DNA of 64,000 nucleotides from Dehalococcoidia bacterium (GTDB lineage Bacteria; Chloroflexota; Dehalococcoidia; SHYB01): NCBI GenBank assembly GCA_965248515.1, contig CBDFJU010000002.1, positions 878,847 to 942,846 of the forward strand, read 5' to 3'. Shown piece by piece: positions 58,364 to 64,000 of this stretch (position 1 is its first letter; each line of letters starts with the position of its first letter). The notes under the pieces were generated by a model. It saw only the letters and a program-made list of their open reading frames with translations, ran no database searches and was not told where the DNA came from. The position numbers and the translations under genes were made by a program.

Positions 58364-59551
58364 ATGGACTTCCGATTTCGCGACGAGGACGAGGCCTTCC
58401 GGCTCGAGGTCCGGGCGTTCCTCGACCAGGAGCTTCCGCCTGGATGGGGCAAGGAGAAGTGGATCGGGGGCACCGGCCACCTGTTCCACGAGTTCCACGA
58501 GTTCGAAGACCAGATGCGAAAGAAGCTGGCCCAGAAGGGCTGGCTCGCGATGGCCTGGCCCAAGGAGCACGGCGGCGGCGGCGCCGACGTGCTGCGGCAG
58601 GTGGTTTTCAGCGAGGAGATGGAGTACCGCCGTGCCCCGGGGAAGGACAACCAGGGCATCGGCATGGTTGGGCCCTGTCTCATGATCCACGGCACCGACC
58701 AACAGAAGGCGGCGCACCTCACGCGCATTGCTCGGGCGGAGGAGCGCTGGGCGCAGGGCTTCAGCGAGCCCGGCGCCGGATCGGACCTGGCCGGGCTCCA
58801 AACCCGCGCGGTCAGAGACGGCGACGACTTCGTGATCAACGGACAGAAGATCTGGACCAGCCACGCGCGCAAGGCGAACTGGCTCCACGTCCTGACGCGG
58901 ACCAATCCCGAGGCGCCGAAGCACAAGGGGATCAGCTACTTCATGGTACCCGTCGATTCGCCCGGCTTGAAGGTGCAGCCCATCGACAGCCTGGTCGAGA
59001 ACCACGATTTCAACGAGGTCTTCTTCGACGACGTCCGCGTCCCGGCGACGAACATGATCGGGGAGGAGGACCTGGGCTGGTACGTGGCCACCACGACGCT
59101 GAACTTCGAGCGCTCCAACATCGGCTCCTCCTCGTACCTGCGCGGCATCATGGAGGATGTCATCGCCGTTTTGCGCACCATGGGCAACGGCCACGGCTCG
59201 CCGCTCGAGAACGACGTCGTCCGCCACAAGCTCGCCGACCTGGCCGTGGGCATTCAGGTCAGCCGCACACTCGCCTACCGGACGGCGTGGCTGCAGCAGC
59301 AAGGCGCCGTCATCGCCAAGGAGTCGTCGCTGGGTAAGCTGTACTCCAGCGAGCTCACACAGCGGTTCACGGCGACGGTGATGCAGCTCTTCGGACTCGC
59401 GGGCCAGATCAGCCACAATCAGCCGGGCGCACCCCTGGCCGGCGGTGCGGAGAACATGTACCTCAACTCCCTGGCCATGACGATCGGCGGGGGCACCTCG
59501 GAGATCCAGCGCAACGTCATCGCCCAGCGCGGGCTGGGGCTGCCACGATAA
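58364..59551 (+). CDS. Acyl-CoA dehydrogenase
   Basis: LAMAWPKEHGGGGA...GFSEPGAGSDLAGLQTRAV...GGGTSEIQRNVIA: ACAD N-, middle and C-terminal signatures. Confidence 0.85.
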   Translation: MDFRFRDEDEAFRLEVRAFLDQELPPGWGKEKWIGGTGHLFHEFHEFEDQMRKKLAQKGWLAMAWPKEHGGGGADVLRQVVFSEEMEYRRAPGKDNQGIGMVGPCLMIHGTDQQKAAHLTRIARAEERWAQGFSEPGAGSDLAGLQTRAVRDGDDFVINGQKIWTSHARKANWLHVLTRTNPEAPKHKGISYFMVPVDSPGLKVQPIDSLVENHDFNEVFFDDVRVPATNMIGEEDLGWYVATTTLNFERSNIGSSSYLRGIMEDVIAVLRTMGNGHGSPLENDVVRHKLADLAVGIQVSRTLAYRTAWLQQQGAVIAKESSLGKLYSSELTQRFTATVMQLFGLAGQISHNQPGAPLAGGAENMYLNSLAMTIGGGTSEIQRNVIAQRGLGLPR

Positions 59552-59584
59552 CGACAATTTCCCCAGACGCCACGCGCGCCCCGG

Positions 59585-60810
59585 ATGCTGCGGCGAAGAG
59601 CTCGGGCCCCCTCGCCGGCGTCCGCGTTCTCGATCTCAGCCAGCGGATCACCGGCCCCTACGCCGGAAAGATCCTCGCTCAGCTCGGAGCTGGCGTCGTC
59701 AAGGTGGAGCTGCCGGGCCGAGGCGATCCGTCACGCTCGTACGGCCCGTTCCCTGACGACATTCCGCACCCGGAGAAGAGCGCCCAGTTTCTGCACCTCA
59801 ACCTGTCGAAACGGGGAGTGACCCTCGATCTCCGCGCCGTCCTGGGGCGGAGAACCGCCATCGAGCTGCTGGGCCAGGCCGATATCCTGCTCGAAAGTTT
59901 CAAGCCGGGGACGATGGAGCGTTTGGGACTCGGGCCCGAGATGCTGCGAACAGAATTCCCGGACCTGATCACCACGTCGATCTCCAACTTCGGCCAGTAC
60001 GGCCCGTACCGGCACTGGCTGACGTCCGAGGCGATCATCTACGCGATGGGTGGACCGATGCAGACCACGGGCCTGCCTGACCGGGAACCCGTGAAGCTCG
60101 GCGCCACGGCGATCCAGCACAGCGCCGGCATCGTCGCCGCGATGGCGACGATGGCCTCGTGGTTCGGCTCCCTGCGCAGCGAGCATGGCGACCACCTGGA
60201 TGTCTCGCTGTTCGAGACCCAGGCGGGGACCATCGACCGTCGCACGCCCCAGCTCATCGCGCACCAGCACACCGGCGCGTCTTTCACCCGGCGTCCCGCC
60301 GGCTCCATCGTGGCCTCCGGCGCCAGGCCCTGCAAGGACGGCTATGTGATCATGGCCGTGCCCGACGCCTCGTTCAGCCGGTTCAAGAACCTGATCGGAG
60401 GCCAGCGCGCCGTCGACGACCCCCGCTTCGCGAGCCCCGACGACAAGATGAGACCGGGTCGCGCCGATGAGTTCGACATCGACTATCTCCTTCCGTGGCT
60501 CCTGGAGCGGACCATGGACGAGGCGTGCGTCGAGGCCCAGGCCCTGCGCGTCGCCTGCACACCCGTGTACTCGGCCTCCGACCTGCTCGCGGCGCCTCAG
60601 TTCAAGAGCCGGGCACTGTGGCAGGCGGTAGCCCACCCCCGGGCGGGAACCTTTGCGCACCCCAGGTCGGCGTTCCGCTTTGGCGACGCTCGCCCACCTG
60701 ATCTGAGACCCGCGCCCACCCTGGGGCAGCACAACCGCGACGTCTATGTCGGCGAGCTCGGCATGACGGACGGCGATCTGGCCCGATTGAGGAGGCGCGG
60801 TGTCATCTAA
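59585..60810 (+). CDS. Family III CoA-transferase; N-terminus out of frame (probable 1-nt deletion in a C5 run at 59607-59611)
   Basis: ATG 59585 gives MLRRRAR..., then the conserved PLAGVRVLDLSQRITGPYAGKILAQLGAGVVKVE lies in the -1 frame. Adding one C joins them as MLRRRARAPLAGVRVLDLS.... The only in-frame start is GTG 59704, after the motif. Confidence 0.55.
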
Positions 60811-62128
60811 CGGCAACCGAGGCGAACCCCGAGCCCGGCTCCCGCTGGAAGGCGTCCGCGTGCTGGACCTCACCATCGTCTGGGCCGGGCCCCAGGCGGT
60901 AACGATGCTCTCCGATTGGGGCGCGGAGGTGCTTCGCCTCGAGTCCCGCTACTTCTTCGCCACGGCCACACGCGGCTGGAGGGTCCACCCGTCGAAACAG
61001 CATGTCCAGGACCTCAAGGTGTGGCGGTTCGGCTATCCGGACTGGGACCCCGGCGAGCGCCCCTGGAACCGGTTCCCCAACTTCCAGTGCCACGCCCGAA
61101 ACAAGCTCAGCATAACGGTTGACTTGCTGCGGCCCGAGGGACGCGACGTGTTGAACGAGCTGGTCAAGGTGTCGGACGTGATCATCGAGAACAACGGCCC
61201 CGGCGTGCTCGACAAGCTCGACATCTCCTACGAGGGCCTGCGTCGCATCCGCCCCGACCTGATCATGGTCCGCATGCCCGCCTTCGGCCTCGACGGCCCC
61301 TTCGCCGACTACAGGGCCTTCGGCTTCCAGATGGAAGGTGTGGCCGGGCACATGTCGCTCTGGGGCTACCCCGAGCTCGACCTCTCCAGCCGGGACAACA
61401 CGTACGTGGCCGACGCCGCCGGCGGCATCGCGGGGGGCCTGGCCACCGTCGCGGCTCTGACGCGTCGGGAGAAGACCGGGCAGGGGATGCTGGTGGAGGT
61501 CTCGCAGACCGAGACGATGGTGCCGCTGCTCGAGGAGGTCGTCCTCGACTATCAGATGACGGGCCGCATACGAGACGCGGCATCGAACCGGGAGCGAGGG
61601 CCGGCCCAGGGATGCTACCCGAGCAAGGCCGACGACCGGTGGGTCGTGCTGACGATCGCCACCGATGAGCAGTGGCGCACCCTGTGCGCGGAGATGGGCA
61701 GGCCCGAGCTTGTCCGGGACCGGCGCTTCCGCCACTCCCTGGCCCGATGGCGCAACCAAGACCAGCTCGATGAGATCGTCGGGGCCTGGACCGTGGGTTT
61801 CGACCACGTCGAGATCATGAACCGGCTCCAGGCCGTCGGCGTCCCGGCTGGGGCCGTCCTCACCGAGCCCGACGTCTACGCCGACCCGCAGCTCGAAGCG
61901 CGAGGCTTCTTCGAGGCCCTGCCCCAGGCCGACGTCGGCACTATCCGCTACCCGGGCCTGCTCTGGCAGTCGGAGCGCTACCCCAACCGGCTCGAGACCG
62001 CGCCTCCCCTCCTCGGCGAGCACAACGAGTACGCCTACCGGGAGCTCCTCGGCCTCCCGGACTCGGCATACGATCGTTTCGTGGAAGAGGGGCACATCGG
62101 CATGGACTTCGCACCGCACCTGGAATGA
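60800..62128 (+). CDS. Family III CoA-transferase
   Basis: GVRVLDLTIVWAGPQAVTMLSDWGAEVLRLES; GTG start after GGAGG. Confidence 0.8.
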   Translation: MSSNGNRGEPRARLPLEGVRVLDLTIVWAGPQAVTMLSDWGAEVLRLESRYFFATATRGWRVHPSKQHVQDLKVWRFGYPDWDPGERPWNRFPNFQCHARNKLSITVDLLRPEGRDVLNELVKVSDVIIENNGPGVLDKLDISYEGLRRIRPDLIMVRMPAFGLDGPFADYRAFGFQMEGVAGHMSLWGYPELDLSSRDNTYVADAAGGIAGGLATVAALTRREKTGQGMLVEVSQTETMVPLLEEVVLDYQMTGRIRDAASNRERGPAQGCYPSKADDRWVVLTIATDEQWRTLCAEMGRPELVRDRRFRHSLARWRNQDQLDEIVGAWTVGFDHVEIMNRLQAVGVPAGAVLTEPDVYADPQLEARGFFEALPQADVGTIRYPGLLWQSERYPNRLETAPPLLGEHNEYAYRELLGLPDSAYDRFVEEGHIGMDFAPHLE

Positions 62129-62173
62129 GGCGTCAATGTGGGATGAATGTGAGCGTCTTGCTGGCCCTTACCC

Positions 62174-62437
62174 ATGAGTGCATCCGAACCCATCTGGCAC
62201 GCCTTCAACGCCCGAATGGCAGCGCACATCGTGTATTCGAGCGATGATGTGTATCAGACGGCTTGTGGACTGTTCGAAGTCAGCAACGAGGACTGGCCTC
62301 ACATGATGGATAACCTCTGGACTCAGAATACTTACTACCTCGGCCGGAAGTCTTCGGGACTGTGGAAGGTTGCCCCCTCCGATCAAAAACGGTGCAGGAA
62401 CTGCGAAAAGCAAGTCAAAGCCAAAGAGAGGCCCTGA
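62174..62437 (+). CDS. Hypothetical small protein (87 aa)
   Basis: Stop overlaps the next start (TGATG); no recognisable motif. Confidence 0.3.
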   Translation: MSASEPIWHAFNARMAAHIVYSSDDVYQTACGLFEVSNEDWPHMMDNLWTQNTYYLGRKSSGLWKVAPSDQKRCRNCEKQVKAKERP

Positions 62438-63441
62438 TGGGTGCTCCCCTCGGCATCTGCCTGCGCAACACCCTTTCCATCGACAGCCTCGTCGCGCTGT
62501 CGAAACGGGCAGAGGACCGCGGCTTTCACAGCATCTGGATCACCGAGGGGACCGGGTCGAAGGACGTCATCACCCAGATGGCGGCCGTGGCGACGGCGAC
62601 GGAGCGCATTCTCATCGGCTCGGGGATCATCCCTATCTGGATGCGGACGCCGATCATCCTGGGCGCGAGCTTCCTCGGCCTCGACGAGCTGTCGAAGGGA
62701 CGCGCGATCATGGGCCTCGGCTCGGGCCATCGCAACGCCATGCGCGACTTCCACGGTGTCGAAATCAAGCGCTCGGTGGCCCACATGCGGGACTACGTCG
62801 CGGTGGCCAAGCTGCTGTTCAGGGAGAAACGCTTCAGCTACGACGGCGAGACCGTACGGATCGCCGGTTACCGACGCACCGTGACTCCGTACAGCGACGA
62901 CATCCCCGTGTACATCGCGGCGCTGGGCCCACGGATGCTCCGGCTGGCCGGCGAGTGCGCCGACGGGGTGCTGATGAACTGCATGACGCCCGAGCACGCA
63001 GCCCGGGCCGTGGCGACGATCCACGCCGGGGCCCGCGACGCTGGCCACAACCCCAAAGACGTCACCGTGGGCAGCTACATCATGACTTGCATGAACGATG
63101 ACGAGGAAAAAGCGTACGAGACGGTGCGAATCATGGCCGCGGCCTACGCCCGAGACGCCTTCTACAACGCTATGCTCCGCCAGGCCGGGTTCGGCGACGT
63201 TCTCGATTCGATCTCCGGCGAGCTCGAGGCGCGTGACCTCAAGGCCGCCGCCGCGAAGGTCCCCCAGAGCATGGTCGATTCGATGGCGGTCTACGGGAAC
63301 GCGGAGCAGTGTCGCGCCCGGCTCCAGGCGTTCGTCGACGCCGGCATCGATCTGCCGGTGGTCCATTCGATGCCGGTCCGCGGCGCCGACCCGTGGGAAG
63401 AACACGCGGGGCTCATCGACGCTTTCGCACCAAGTGCGTAG
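62437..63441 (+). CDS. LLM-class (luciferase-like) flavin/F420-dependent oxidoreductase
   Basis: DSLVALSKRAEDRGFHSIWITEG...GLGSGHRNAMRDFHG; GAGAGG SD before ATG 62437. Confidence 0.75.
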   Translation: MGAPLGICLRNTLSIDSLVALSKRAEDRGFHSIWITEGTGSKDVITQMAAVATATERILIGSGIIPIWMRTPIILGASFLGLDELSKGRAIMGLGSGHRNAMRDFHGVEIKRSVAHMRDYVAVAKLLFREKRFSYDGETVRIAGYRRTVTPYSDDIPVYIAALGPRMLRLAGECADGVLMNCMTPEHAARAVATIHAGARDAGHNPKDVTVGSYIMTCMNDDEEKAYETVRIMAAAYARDAFYNAMLRQAGFGDVLDSISGELEARDLKAAAAKVPQSMVDSMAVYGNAEQCRARLQAFVDAGIDLPVVHSMPVRGADPWEEHAGLIDAFAPSA

Positions 63442-63515
63442 GGGCCGTTTGCACGCGCCCCGTGCCATTTACACGAAAGAGTCCAGAGAGGGCGGAGCCC
63501 TCTTTGGCAAGGGTT

Positions 63516-63590
63516 GAAGGGGATGTTCCCCTTCTCTAACTAATAGCCCGAAGGGCTACCTTGAACCCCGGAGGGGGTTTGGGGGTCTCC
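63516..63590. repeat. REP/MITE-like structured repeat, copy 1 (three short stem-loops)
   Basis: GAAGGGGA-TGT-TCCCCTTC; TAGCCC-GAA-GGGCTA; AACCCC..GGGGTT; ~90% identical to 63732-63808. Confidence 0.6.
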
Positions 63591-63731
63591 GCAACGGCAG
63601 GCCCAGGGCGACCCTTCGACAAGCTCAGGGTGAGCGGTTGGAGCGAGCGGTCGTGAAGTCTGGGGAGCCCGGGAGTTCAGAGGGGCGGAGCCCCGGAGTT
63701 TACCCTGAGCGAAGTCGAAGGGGCAGGGGTC

Positions 63732-63808
63732 GAAGGGGATGTGCCCCTTCTCTAACCAATAGCCCGAAGGGCTACCTTGAACCCCCTTCAGGGGGTTTGG
63801 GGGTCTCC
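63732..63808. repeat. REP/MITE-like structured repeat, copy 2
   Basis: Same three hairpins with two substitutions and a short indel. Confidence 0.6.
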
Positions 63809-63942
63809 CCAGCGCCCGGTTCCGGGAGTCCCGAGGGCCGGAAACCCCAGGTAGCGCCATTTACACGAGACCCGCGATTGTATAAGGTTTGGGGCGTTGT
63901 CCGACTGCGGCGGACTTCCGGGTATCAAACAGGAGGCATATC

Positions 63943-64000
63943 TTGGCCGACAAGCTCATCTATTTCGAGAAGGACGGCAACATCGGGACGGTGTGGCTAA
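63943..64000 (+). CDS. Enoyl-CoA hydratase family protein, 5' fragment (runs off the window)
   Basis: AGGAGG 6 nt before TTG 63943; (M)ADKLIYFEKDGNIGTVWL matches a crotonase N-terminus. Confidence 0.4.
   Translation, partial: MADKLIYFEKDGNIGTVWL

Noticed and set aside
58331-63468. Minus-strand ORFs 58331..59557, 59731..60876, 60803..62119 and 62383..63468
   Set aside because: Each mirrors a well-supported plus-strand gene (ACAD, CoA-transferases, LLM oxidoreductase); they are high-GC antisense artefacts.

Overview
High-GC (~65%) bacterial chromosomal segment, densely coding, with AGGAGG-type ribosome-binding sites and frequent GTG/TTG starts. Zone 1 (0-20 kb) is a CoA-thioester catabolic cluster: a family III CoA-transferase, three thiolase-like/DUF35 pairs, a crotonase and a beta-propeller lactonase. 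It also holds a UGSC-motif protein gene interrupted by an in-frame TGA (candidate selenoprotein), two isochorismatase-like hydrolases, an alpha/beta hydrolase, and a peptide/opine-type ABC uptake operon with no ATPase genes. Zone 2 (11.7-52 kb) is heavily mosaic accessory DNA. It contains two inverted copies of an IS3-family element (one truncated) and a low-GC DNA-methyltransferase islet with two unknown genes next to a decayed response-regulator gene. Further along are an IS481-like element with a nonsense-mutated transposase, a truncated Type IIG-like RM gene with a controller-like HTH gene, and a SWIM-DDE transposase pseudogene inserted into the 5' end of a frameshifted RHS/YD-repeat toxin gene that is followed by a large lipoprotein gene. 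A second IS3-family element sits with a self-adjacent inverted fragment. A ~12.7 kb integrative element follows, carrying a frameshifted tyrosine integrase, a PrimPol-helicase, AlpA/Xis-like HTH proteins and an unusual tRNA-like gene; it is bounded by ~260 bp direct repeats that reconstitute a small LuxR-type gene next to tRNA-Leu(GAG). Zone 3 (52-64 kb) starts with a peroxiredoxin whose peroxidatic Cys codon is TGA (second selenoprotein candidate). A second CoA-thioester cluster follows: two crotonase paralogues, a tandem-fused double family III CoA-transferase, an SMP-30-type lactonase, an acyl-CoA dehydrogenase, two more CoA-transferases and an LLM-class oxidoreductase; the window ends in REP/MITE-like structured repeats. 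Many mobile-region genes carry frameshifts or nonsense codons, several in homopolymer runs, so assembly error cannot be excluded for those. Hand-derived coordinates (starts, repeats, hairpins, IS ends) may be off by 1-2 nt.
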